This document shows, piece after piece, positions 1 to 8,500 of a DNA stretch of 55,068 bases. The stretch is from NCBI GenBank assembly GCA_964384125.1, contig CAYLKA010000008.1, forward strand, positions 2,999 to 58,066, written 5' to 3'. The stretch comes from an uncultured Gammaproteobacteria bacterium (lineage in GTDB: Bacteria > Pseudomonadota > Gammaproteobacteria > Steroidobacterales > Rariloculaceae). The notes under the pieces were generated by a model, which was not told where the DNA came from, made no database searches, and saw only the letters and a program-made list of their open reading frames with translations. A program made the position numbers and the translations under genes. How positions within the stretch are numbered: the stretch's first letter is position 1; every line of letters starts with the position of its first letter.

Positions 1-42
1 GGATGTAAGCGTACGAAGTTCGGAAGACGTGAAGCATCTCAA
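1..42 (-). CDS. Probable 5' end of a gene running off the left edge of the window
   Basis: Strong SD (GGGGGAGG) on the minus strand followed by TTG (42) or ATG (37); both frames stay open to position 1. Too short to identify. Confidence 0.35.
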   Translation of the reverse strand, partial: MRCFTSSELRTLTS

Positions 43-170
43 GATTGCCTCCCCCTGAAGCTACGGGTCCTGGCCCTAATTCTAAACAGTAGACAACTCA
101 CAGCGGCTAGCGGTCCCTAGACCACTGTGCACCGCTCACGGAATTTTCACATCCATACACTCACTGGTCT

Positions 171-1214
171 TCAATAGCTCTCAAAGACACTTTCGAGTGC
201 GTCGACCGGCACCCCGCGCGCAAGCGCGAGCATAAGCAGAATCCGAGCCTTTTGGGGGGTCAAGTTGTCAGCGGACACGAATGGGCGACCCGTCTCCACT
301 CTCCCACGCCCACCCCGATGACTCATGACGATAGCGACACCTAGAGCCTCGGCATCCTCGAGCGCGGTCCCAATGGCCGGTGTGGGCGTACCGGTTGCAA
401 AACCGGCGACCACAATCCCCTCTGCGCCTGCAGCAACAGCGGCCTCGACCAGCTCAGGACCGGCATCCGCATAGGTATAGACAATGTCGACGCGCGGCAG
501 GCTACCCGCTTGAGTGATACTGTCGAGATGCAAATCGCTGTTGAAGGTGTGCCGGCTCGTCGGTGTACGGTAGAAGCGAATTCGATCAGAGTCAGCGAGC
601 CCGAGTGCACCAAGATCACCCGAATCCCATGTCTCAGGCCGATAACTGATCGTTTTTGTCACATCTCTCGCGGCGTGGATCATTTCGTTGACCACCATCA
701 GAACACCGTGACCACGAGCGCCGGGATGGGCCGCGACACGCACGGCATCGAACAGGTTACGTGAGCCATCCTCGCTCAGAGTCGTCCTTTCGCGTTGCGC
801 AGCGGCGATGACCACCGGAACCTGTGTATTTAGCACCAAGTTGAGAAAGTAAGCAGTCTCCTCCGATGTATTCGAACCATGCGTGACGACAACACCATCG
901 GTATCCGGATGGTCTGCGAGCTCATCGGTGATCAGATTCGCAATGTCTATCCAGTTTTGTAGCGAAATCTCTGAACTACCGATGCGGACGTAGTCCCGGA
1001 TCGTGATATCAGCAACATCGCCGATGCTGGGAATCTGCTCCAGGACAGTCTGTACTGCCATGCGCCCGTCGGGCGAGTTGGCGATCGTGCCGCCCGTCGC
1101 AATGATCCTGACCTGCGGTTTTTCAGTCTCGAGTTGAGCTCCGGTCAAGCCTGTATACAGCAGTAGGCAAAAGAGGATAGTTGTTGTGAGGGACTTGCAG
1201 TACCGCATGGCCAA
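171..1214 (-). CDS. Secreted L-asparaginase/glutaminase family protein (type II-like) with a variant active site
   Basis: Signal peptide; ATGGTIA motif; THGSNTSEETAYFL (canonical HGTDT); ARDVTK; C-terminal DNLTPQKARILLML. Confidence 0.9.
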   Translation of the reverse strand: MAMRYCKSLTTTILFCLLLYTGLTGAQLETEKPQVRIIATGGTIANSPDGRMAVQTVLEQIPSIGDVADITIRDYVRIGSSEISLQNWIDIANLITDELADHPDTDGVVVTHGSNTSEETAYFLNLVLNTQVPVVIAAAQRERTTLSEDGSRNLFDAVRVAAHPGARGHGVLMVVNEMIHAARDVTKTISYRPETWDSGDLGALGLADSDRIRFYRTPTSRHTFNSDLHLDSITQAGSLPRVDIVYTYADAGPELVEAAVAAGAEGIVVAGFATGTPTPAIGTALEDAEALGVAIVMSHRGGRGRVETGRPFVSADNLTPQKARILLMLALARGVPVDALESVFESY

Positions 1215-1392
1215 ACTCCCCGTTTGATACTCGCATCAGGCCCCAATTAAACCGGTTTCGCACTAGCAAGGCAGTGGAAGCCACATGACCGATCACATCA
1301 AGCCACAGACCAGCCGATAGGCTAATAACCCGATGCTCAGAACTTGAGGAGCGAGGAGCCTACCCGAGTCTTACAGTACTACCCGACGTTAC

Positions 1393-2841
1393 TCAATCCT
1401 TAGTCACTTCGAATGCGAAGTGGAAAGCCGGCAAGTCCTCACCTGGGTGGTCCGCCTCATAGGTTAGCTGCGGCATGCGGAAGTTGTCGGGAGTCTCATT
1501 CACTCCTTTGTAGATGCCGGGGTAGAGATCGATGTAATGCATGCCCGGTGCCCCGGTCGCCTGCATGTAGATCGTCAAATCGCCCTGGCTGTTGAAACCG
1601 CACGCATAACCAATATAGCTATTGTCATAGACGATATGCATGATGTTCGAAGTCTCGGTCCAACCTATACCCTTCAAATTAACCGTGAACGTGGTACCCA
1701 CCGGCCCGCTCGTCACATCGAGGGGATATGCCGTTGGCTTCACCCAGTGAGTGCCGCGCTTCATCGTGCCATCCACATCGATCCACAACCCATGTATACC
1801 GCCGAGATCCTCAGGCGTCTCGAATTCGAAATCGATCTTCCCGTCAATACCAGCAGTTGCTTCGGCGACAGGTGTCGAAGATTCGGCCCAACCACGGCCG
1901 TCGATACGGTTGCCGATCACTCGCGTCCAGTTGAGCTCATAACTCTTGCCAGCCTCTAAACCCGTGGCGCTTACCGTAACCCTCTCACCGACCCCGGAAA
2001 AACGTGGGCTTGAGATCAACTCACCCACAGGCGGCGCCAAGCGTACCTTTCTCTGCTCTTGGGCCTTAGCCGGCGGCGGCAAAACCGGCTCGCCCGGCGT
2101 CACCGTAAAGGTCATGGCGAATCGCGGCCGATCCGGCGAGGGGCTCTGCTGTGGGTTGCGGTAGGGAGAGCCGAACTCTCCGTGCAGGACTTCGACGATA
2201 TGATCGCCTATATGGCCGGTGGCTGGGATAGTGAAGTTAGCGGAACCGTGCGTCGTTATCGACGAAGCCCAGCCGGTAAAATTATTGTCGTACAGAACAT
2301 TCCAAGAGCGTTCCAGCGCCCGGTAGCCGATACCTTTTACGTCGAAGTTGATCGGCGTACCAACCGGACCGCTCTTTGGAGACATCTCGATCGACATATC
2401 GATTGAATAGGCAACCCGGGTAAACTGGCGATCGCCCTGCTGCAAGATGATATCGTGCAGGAACCCGAAATCCTCCGGTGTCTCGAAGGTCGCTTCCAAT
2501 CGACCGTCCGCATCAGTTGTCACTCGCGCCATTTCGTAATCGACACGAACGAACTCACGGCCGTTGTATTCTGACTCAGTTACCTTCCAATGCCCCTCCG
2601 CAGTACTCCAGACCAGCTGGAATTCCTCGTTGGGTGGTAGACCTTCAGCTGAAACGGTGAAGGGCGCTCCAACCTCACCGTGAAGCGGATCAACCTGCAT
2701 CCGGCCGACAAAACCGCCCTGTGGCGAAGAGACTTTGACCTCAGGTCCAAAGTCGGCAGCGGGCGCGGAAAATACCGCCGGAGCAAACAAAAGGGTAAAC
2801 GCGAGAGACAGACTAGCCACTAGCCCGCTATGAATCCTCAT
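1393..2841 (-). CDS. Secreted hypothetical protein with a duplicated beta-rich (Ig-like) two-domain module
   Basis: Start reassigned to ATG 2841 (GGGAGAGG SD, signal peptide MRIHSGLV..AVFSA). Internal repeats FETPEDFG/FETPEDLG, SGPVGT x2, KGIGY/KGIGW, YDNN/YDNS. Confidence 0.8.
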   Translation of the reverse strand: MRIHSGLVASLSLAFTLLFAPAVFSAPAADFGPEVKVSSPQGGFVGRMQVDPLHGEVGAPFTVSAEGLPPNEEFQLVWSTAEGHWKVTESEYNGREFVRVDYEMARVTTDADGRLEATFETPEDFGFLHDIILQQGDRQFTRVAYSIDMSIEMSPKSGPVGTPINFDVKGIGYRALERSWNVLYDNNFTGWASSITTHGSANFTIPATGHIGDHIVEVLHGEFGSPYRNPQQSPSPDRPRFAMTFTVTPGEPVLPPPAKAQEQRKVRLAPPVGELISSPRFSGVGERVTVSATGLEAGKSYELNWTRVIGNRIDGRGWAESSTPVAEATAGIDGKIDFEFETPEDLGGIHGLWIDVDGTMKRGTHWVKPTAYPLDVTSGPVGTTFTVNLKGIGWTETSNIMHIVYDNSYIGYACGFNSQGDLTIYMQATGAPGMHYIDLYPGIYKGVNETPDNFRMPQLTYEADHPGEDLPAFHFAFEVTKD

Positions 2842-2860
2842 TGGACCTCTCCCATCCAGA

Positions 2861-2883
2861 AAGAGTTGGAAAGAGTTGGAAAG
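2861..2883. repeat. Short tandem repeat (AAGAGTTGGA x2 + AAG) in the spacer between the two hypothetical genes
   Basis: Read directly from the sequence. Confidence 0.7.
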
Positions 2884-2903
2884 TGTTAAGTTGGCGACCG
2901 CTA

Positions 2904-3437
2904 CTAGTTTCCTGATGATGGAAGCCACTCGTAGGGAGCGTTATCAGCCATATCCGGTTCACCGTCAATCACCCATAGCAGACTGTTGGGGCGGGTGAAT
3001 GGCTCCCACGTCACGACCGTACCGTCGTTCATAGTGGCCAAAACCCTGTAGCCCAGCGATCCAGTCGGATAGCTTTCAGGGATGGTGTAGGAGCTGGCCC
3101 AGAAGAAATCCGTCGGCGGATTGCCGTGGGGACCGTAAACTAGCGGGAAACTGTCACCGTTACCGAGCTCTACTACAAGACTGCTAATCACCGAATCGTC
3201 GGCGTTAGCGCCGTCAGGAGTCATCGTTCGCATGCGCCACGCAATTCCTTCGCCGCGCTTAAATCGACTAGCCAGCACGCACCACGGACCAATCTGTCCG
3301 TCCAATCGGTGACGAACAATATCGCCCTCAAAGAAAAGCACTCCTGGGGGCTGGGTGGTATCTTGCGCTGCAGCGGTACCAGAAAGCCCAGTGAGCGCGA
3401 TTGCGAAAACTAAGGCCGAGAACGCGACTGATCTCAT
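2904..3437 (-). CDS. Secreted hypothetical protein, beta-rich
   Basis: Start reassigned to ATG 3437 (AAAAGGGG SD). Signal peptide MRSVAFSALV..TAAA|Q. Co-oriented with the downstream gene. Confidence 0.8.
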   Translation of the reverse strand: MRSVAFSALVFAIALTGLSGTAAAQDTTQPPGVLFFEGDIVRHRLDGQIGPWCVLASRFKRGEGIAWRMRTMTPDGANADDSVISSLVVELGNGDSFPLVYGPHGNPPTDFFWASSYTIPESYPTGSLGYRVLATMNDGTVVTWEPFTRPNSLLWVIDGEPDMADNAPYEWLPSSGN

Positions 3438-3456
3438 GAGAACCCCTTTTGCTATA

Positions 3457-3529
3457 CCGAAGCGGCCCTTACCTAGGCTCGCTTCGGGGCAGGATACCGG
3501 GTTCGAGGCCCTGCTGCAAAGAACCCGAT
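3457..3529 (-). promoter_or_regulatory. Two stem-loops in the 5' leader of the 3437/2841 gene pair
   Basis: Minus strand: ATCGGGTTC/GAACCCGGT (9 bp, one G-U) and CCGAAGCG/CGCTTCGG (8 bp), ending just upstream of the SD. Confidence 0.45.
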
Positions 3530-4053
3530 TACCGCACACGACCGTTCTCCGATGAAACCAGCGAGGGAACATAACTAGCTGTTATAACGAGTATTTTCAG
3601 GCATTCGCCTGAGAGCCTCTTCCGCTTGGATCTGGAACGATACGGCGCACGCCCCATTGCGCGGGCCAGGGAACCGTAATTAGGGCCGACAGCAAACCTA
3701 CCAATCGGCGCCAGATCACCGCATTTTCTTTCCACGCCTAACTGTCAGCAGGCAAAAAAGAGTCAGTTAGAAGGAGAAGTTCATATAGCTTCTAGAATTA
3801 GGTGCCGTGTATTCCTGATCGGGTTTCGGCGGCGCCGGTTATTAATTAGAGTGAACGAATGAATCCGGCAGCACGGCATGCGCTCACGGCGCATGAAGTA
3901 CGTCGAAGTACGACAAGGGCACAATTGGAATAACTGGAGACCTTTAATCGACAACGTTCCACTATTTTTCTACGGAACCGATGATCCGGGCTCTGAATAA
4001 GTTGCGAACCAGCGTGGACGTTTGAACGCTCAGATGAATGAGGGAGAAGCAGA

Positions 4054-4770
4054 ATGAGAGCATTCATATTTATCATGATTCTCGTTGGCGTCACCAACCA
4101 CGTGGCGGTGAACGCTCAAGCACCCGACGTTGGAATGGGCTTTTCAGGAATCTACGCCCCCCCGGTTTTCGTGGACACAATCGCAGTCATTGAACCCGAA
4201 GTGTATCCATTCACGCCGGAAGGCAAGCGGTCCTTCGACGCCTACGATCCACTCGTCTTGTCCCCCAACCAGGCCGATGATTGCACGCCTGACCTCATGC
4301 CCGGAATACTCTGGTCAAACAGTCCCATGCAAATCGGGCAAGAGAGCGGACAGGTTTCGATCCGTTATGAGCGTGGCAATACCATTCGCCCCATCCCCCT
4401 CGAAGGTCCGGCCGCGTCATCTGACCAGTCTCATACCGAACTCGGCTACTCGATAGGGCGTTGGGTGGGAGACGTGCTGACTATCGAGACAACACATATG
4501 ACATCGAACGTGGTACGTAACAATAGAGGCTATCCGATTAGCGAGGGCGCACAAGTCACAGAGCGTTACTGGCGTGAACCCGGAGAAAATAATTTGCACA
4601 TGGAGCTAACAGTCAACGACCCGACAAACTATACCGACACCTTCTCACTCAGTCGGGAATGGGTTTGGGCACCCGATGAGGAGCTTCAGGAATACGAATG
4701 CATCAACCTGGGTCCCCGAGGGGATGAACCGGACATTGACGAACTAGTCCGAATGTTGGAAGCACTCTAA
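4054..4770 (+). CDS. Secreted hypothetical protein (GxSIGxWxGDxLxIET family)
   Basis: GAGGGAG SD; signal peptide; motifs DCTP, LGYSIGRWVGDVLTIET, VTERY, VNDP, EYEC shared with the C-terminal domain of 6120-7124. Confidence 0.8.
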   Translation: MRAFIFIMILVGVTNHVAVNAQAPDVGMGFSGIYAPPVFVDTIAVIEPEVYPFTPEGKRSFDAYDPLVLSPNQADDCTPDLMPGILWSNSPMQIGQESGQVSIRYERGNTIRPIPLEGPAASSDQSHTELGYSIGRWVGDVLTIETTHMTSNVVRNNRGYPISEGAQVTERYWREPGENNLHMELTVNDPTNYTDTFSLSREWVWAPDEELQEYECINLGPRGDEPDIDELVRMLEAL

Positions 4771-4793
4771 CAGACGGAGGCCTTTGACCGCTT

Positions 4794-6095
4794 TTGGCCA
4801 ATAACTCACGTCTTCCTCGGGAAAAACTACCTCGAAGCCTCGGCGTTTGGGGCATTTGGCTATTGGCGATCAACGGCCTGATCGGCGCTGGCATCTTTGG
4901 CCTTCCGAGTAGCGCAGCAAGACTCGCTGGCGAATACAGTCCACTAATCTATGTGCTCTGTGCCCTATTAATTCTCCCGGTCGTTTTGTGTTTTTCCGAG
5001 CTGGCCAGCTATTTCCGCAGCACCGGCGGACCAATTCGCTACAGTACTGAGGCGTTTGGAGCACTCATCGGTTTCCAAGCCGGCTGGCTGTACTACGTAT
5101 CCCGCGTTGGCGCTTTCGCTGCCAACAGTGCGCTGCTATTAGACAGCATCGGCTATTTTTGGTCAGGCGCAGTAAGCGGTGCAGGACGAGTCATCGCGCT
5201 CGCGTTGATTTGCGGTGGGCTCGTCTTTATCAATGCCATCGGCTCAGTGCGGGCGATTCGTTCACTGGCAACGCTCACGGTGGTAAAGCTGGCCTCCCTA
5301 TTCCTACTGGTAATCGTCGGTGCCGGCTATCTCGGTGGTGATCTCCTACCGCGTTTCGATGGCGAGATCCCAAGTGCCAGCAACATCGGCCTCGCCGCTT
5401 TGCTCCTCACCTATGCTTATGGCGGTTTCGAGTTTGCCGTTATTCCTGCGGGCGAATCACGAAATCCGGCTCGCGACATGCCAGTGGCCTTACTGCTGGC
5501 CCTCGGCGTTGTGGCATTGCTTTACCTATCGATCCAGCTGGTCAGCACGGCTGTGGTGCCTGAGATAGCAACCTCCACTTCACCGCTGCTGGATGCAGCG
5601 AGTGCCCTCATGGGACCGGCAGGAGCTGTCATGCTGATGCTAGGCCTTGTCGCCTCGGTAGGCGGCAATCTCGTCGCCGGAATGTTTTCTACGCCGCGCA
5701 TCACCTACATGTTATCGCTGGACGGTTGCCTACCCCGTTGGTTCGGCGAGGTTCACAAAGTGGCGCTGACGCCGGCGAATTCGATCGTATTCTTCGGTCT
5801 CCTGTCCTTTTTGTTCGCGGTCTTCGGCTCCTTCATATGGCTAGCCGCCACCGCAGTGTTTTCGCGACTGATCGTCTATATCCTGACGTGTGCGGCTGTA
5901 CCAACGTTGAGAAAACGTTACGCCGACAGGGGAGGGTTTGTACTACCGGGCGGGTATCTCCTACCCCTTCTCGGCATCGCCGCAAGCGGCTGGCTGACGT
6001 TGCAGGTCGGTCTAGACTCTCTCGTTCTAACCATGCTGCTCATACTAATAGGTTCTGCTCTGTATGCAGTGGCGCGTCACCACAACAGTGAGTGA
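4794..6095 (+). CDS. APC-family amino acid permease
   Basis: About 12 hydrophobic segments; IGAGIF, ELAS..TGG, AYGGFE, GESRNPARDMP motifs. Confidence 0.92.
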   Translation: MANNSRLPREKLPRSLGVWGIWLLAINGLIGAGIFGLPSSAARLAGEYSPLIYVLCALLILPVVLCFSELASYFRSTGGPIRYSTEAFGALIGFQAGWLYYVSRVGAFAANSALLLDSIGYFWSGAVSGAGRVIALALICGGLVFINAIGSVRAIRSLATLTVVKLASLFLLVIVGAGYLGGDLLPRFDGEIPSASNIGLAALLLTYAYGGFEFAVIPAGESRNPARDMPVALLLALGVVALLYLSIQLVSTAVVPEIATSTSPLLDAASALMGPAGAVMLMLGLVASVGGNLVAGMFSTPRITYMLSLDGCLPRWFGEVHKVALTPANSIVFFGLLSFLFAVFGSFIWLAATAVFSRLIVYILTCAAVPTLRKRYADRGGFVLPGGYLLPLLGIAASGWLTLQVGLDSLVLTMLLILIGSALYAVARHHNSE

Positions 6096-6119
6096 CCACC
6101 GCTAAACGCAAGCCTCAGA

Positions 6120-7124
6120 TCACTCCCCAAGATAGCGGCGAGCAATCTCCGGGTCGCAAGACACCCTCACGAATGGGAGATCGGGTCTGTAAATCAAATC
6201 CAATACCCCGATCATGGGCTCCAGCAGGTATTCGGGATCCTCAACCCTAGAGGTATAAGTCAACCCGCTTCGGTCTGCGTTTAACTCAAAGCGTTCGATG
6301 TGATGCCTTTGCCGACCGGATGACAGTCCCCGGGCATTTCCGGTGCGATGCTCAGAAAAATGCGCAGTATCAACCACCAAAATGTCGTCTTCCCACCAGC
6401 CAATCGAATGACCCTGGTTCGTGTACGGCGCGCCTTCGTGTGAATCGAGGTTCATATGAACCGTGCGCGGGGGAGCCTCGTCGGACCGAATCATGGTCAC
6501 CTCCTCCCCAATCTCAATCCTCTTTACGGCTGGAAACAACATTATCCAAGGTGGGAGCTGGGGGACACAGTTATTGCTGGGACTCATGGAAAGCTCGTCG
6601 TAACTTTCCACTGCCGCAAGTCCTTTATCCGTCAATGACCACGAAATCTCTGGTTGTTGATATCGTGAGAGAACCTGGAGAGACGTCCGGGTCTCCCAGT
6701 TCCCCGACAACTCGTCTGCCACAAACGTAGTGGGTGAAGTCCCCGCGGCACCTTCTTCCCCAGGTCTCAATATATTCAGGAGCGTGCCATCTCCCTTGAT
6801 CACAGTTAGGCCTAATGCAATTTTTCTGTTTGCATTTCTTCCGGGATTAGCGGCTACCGTAACCTGCTCGCCAATCGCTAGCGAGTTCCGGGACCAACCC
6901 AATTTACTCATGGCGGATGGCGGACGGCCCTCGACGAGCCACATGACGCTTTCACCGCCTTCGTCCTCCGTCTCGACCCGGATGTAGACGTGTGGGTCCG
7001 CCCACTCGAACTCCCCGACGACACCCTCCAATCTAATGTCCTGCTGCTGGTCGTACATAGCAGGACTGTGATGCGCTGACACCGATAGCGCGACAAAAAA
7101 TAACGCGGCCGTGAGCAACCTCAT
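6120..7124 (-). CDS. DUF6152-like protein fused to a GxSIGxW domain, secreted
   Basis: Start reassigned to ATG 7124. Signal peptide then AHHSPAMYD..LEGVVGEFEWADPHVYI (DUF6152-type); C-terminal GHSIGWWEDDILVVDT..IERF..EDPEYL. Confidence 0.8.
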   Translation of the reverse strand: MRLLTAALFFVALSVSAHHSPAMYDQQQDIRLEGVVGEFEWADPHVYIRVETEDEGGESVMWLVEGRPPSAMSKLGWSRNSLAIGEQVTVAANPGRNANRKIALGLTVIKGDGTLLNILRPGEEGAAGTSPTTFVADELSGNWETRTSLQVLSRYQQPEISWSLTDKGLAAVESYDELSMSPSNNCVPQLPPWIMLFPAVKRIEIGEEVTMIRSDEAPPRTVHMNLDSHEGAPYTNQGHSIGWWEDDILVVDTAHFSEHRTGNARGLSSGRQRHHIERFELNADRSGLTYTSRVEDPEYLLEPMIGVLDLIYRPDLPFVRVSCDPEIARRYLGE

Positions 7125-7192
7125 GTTTTCTCTTACGCTAATTGGATGATCGATGTTTTTGCTAGGTGACAAAGCCATAGAACGCCCACATC

Positions 7193-8203
7193 TCAACAAC
7201 CGGCCACACACTGCCCTTGCCCGTTGAACTCCATCGTGCGTCCGCTGATGGCCAGATGAACCGGCGGTTCTAACTGCTCAATGAGCGCGGCCGTACGCGA
7301 CTGCGGGCGCACCCTCCCACCGTCTGTCGCGGGTTCGTTCGCATGCGTGAGAATGACTGACGCGGGTTGGAGCAACTCGTTGATCGCATGCGCCCCGGAG
7401 AAGTAGATGCCCGGATTATTCCCTAGATTGAGCATGGCGAGGTTGGCACGATGATATTCGTTGATGACGGTTCTCATCTCGGAATGGATGCCGGTATCGC
7501 CCGATAGATAGGCAGTAAGACCGTTGGTAAACCTGACTACATATCCAGTGGGCGGGCCGTACTCTAGAACGGCGCCATTGGCCTCAAGTGCCACACGTTG
7601 TGCGTCAGAAAGAAGTGCAGGAGGGGCATTATTCACGTGTGACGCGTACACGATCGTTATCTCTACACCCTGCGCTGCATCAGCCATAGTCGCGACAAAC
7701 CTGCCGCCTATGTCCATGCTGGACCTGCAAGCCACCTCGACAGGCACGGTAGCAGCAACGGGCTGCGAGCATACGCTCAGAGGGCGCCCTACCATGCCTT
7801 CGACCTCACTGGCCACGAACCCAGCCATGGCACGGGTCGTTACGAGCACAGCATTTTTTGCGACAACGACCTCGGAAGTCATGGAGTTCGGAGCGGGCAC
7901 ACGCTCGGAGTTTGCGCAAGTACCGGCCCCCTCGGCTCGCAGTCTACGATCTCCCAGGTGGTCTCCATGCATGTGGGTGAGCAGCACGACGTGAATGTCG
8001 CCGAGTCTTGGGTCATCTCCGGCGGTAAGGTTGTGGGCTGGATCGTATAGCAAACGTACGCCGGTGGGGTCCTCGAACAGGGTCGCTCGATCGTTCGCAC
8101 AAAGCTCGCCTGGGTGAGAACCGATTGGGGTGATATGCACATTCTGGGCAAAGCCCGTTAAAGCCGTAAGCGTGAGGGCGAGAGCTGCACAAACCGTTTT
8201 CAT
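7193..8203 (-). CDS. Secreted metallo-beta-lactamase-fold hydrolase
   Basis: Start ATG 8203 (GGAGG/AAGGA upstream). Signal peptide; THMHGDH (HxHxDH), ASH, YLSGDTG, ILTH. Confidence 0.88.
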   Translation of the reverse strand: MKTVCAALALTLTALTGFAQNVHITPIGSHPGELCANDRATLFEDPTGVRLLYDPAHNLTAGDDPRLGDIHVVLLTHMHGDHLGDRRLRAEGAGTCANSERVPAPNSMTSEVVVAKNAVLVTTRAMAGFVASEVEGMVGRPLSVCSQPVAATVPVEVACRSSMDIGGRFVATMADAAQGVEITIVYASHVNNAPPALLSDAQRVALEANGAVLEYGPPTGYVVRFTNGLTAYLSGDTGIHSEMRTVINEYHRANLAMLNLGNNPGIYFSGAHAINELLQPASVILTHANEPATDGGRVRPQSRTAALIEQLEPPVHLAISGRTMEFNGQGQCVAGC

Positions 8204-8500
8204 GTCCTTCCTCCAGACATCCAGCAAATGTATTCAAGCCACAAGCTATAGCATGCACTGCAGAAGTTCGCCACCCGGGCGCGTGGGTACCGTCCAATAG
8301 GGCTGATCAGAACCAACGGACCGCCTCCGGCCGGAAAGGGACGTTCCAAATAGTAGTAAAATCCCTAGACTCAGCCTCCGAGGTCAACCCCATGGGGAGG
8401 TTCATTAGCCTTCCAGCACTCCTTCTAACTGTGATCCGAACTGGGGAAACCGGCCCCTAGCTCGAATAGACGTCCCGCACTGACGCGAGATTCGCACCAA

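Noticed and set aside
3600-3715. Possible Moco/Tuco riboswitch upstream of the secreted gene pair
   Set aside because: Only scattered words (CCGA, CCTAA, TACGG) resemble it; there is no GAAA-capped stem or closing GGAAAGGAG-type helix.
8375-8465. Moco-riboswitch-like words (CTCCGAG, GGAAAC) upstream of the ChaN-PDZ gene
   Set aside because: The required helices cannot be formed, and the downstream gene is not Mo-related.
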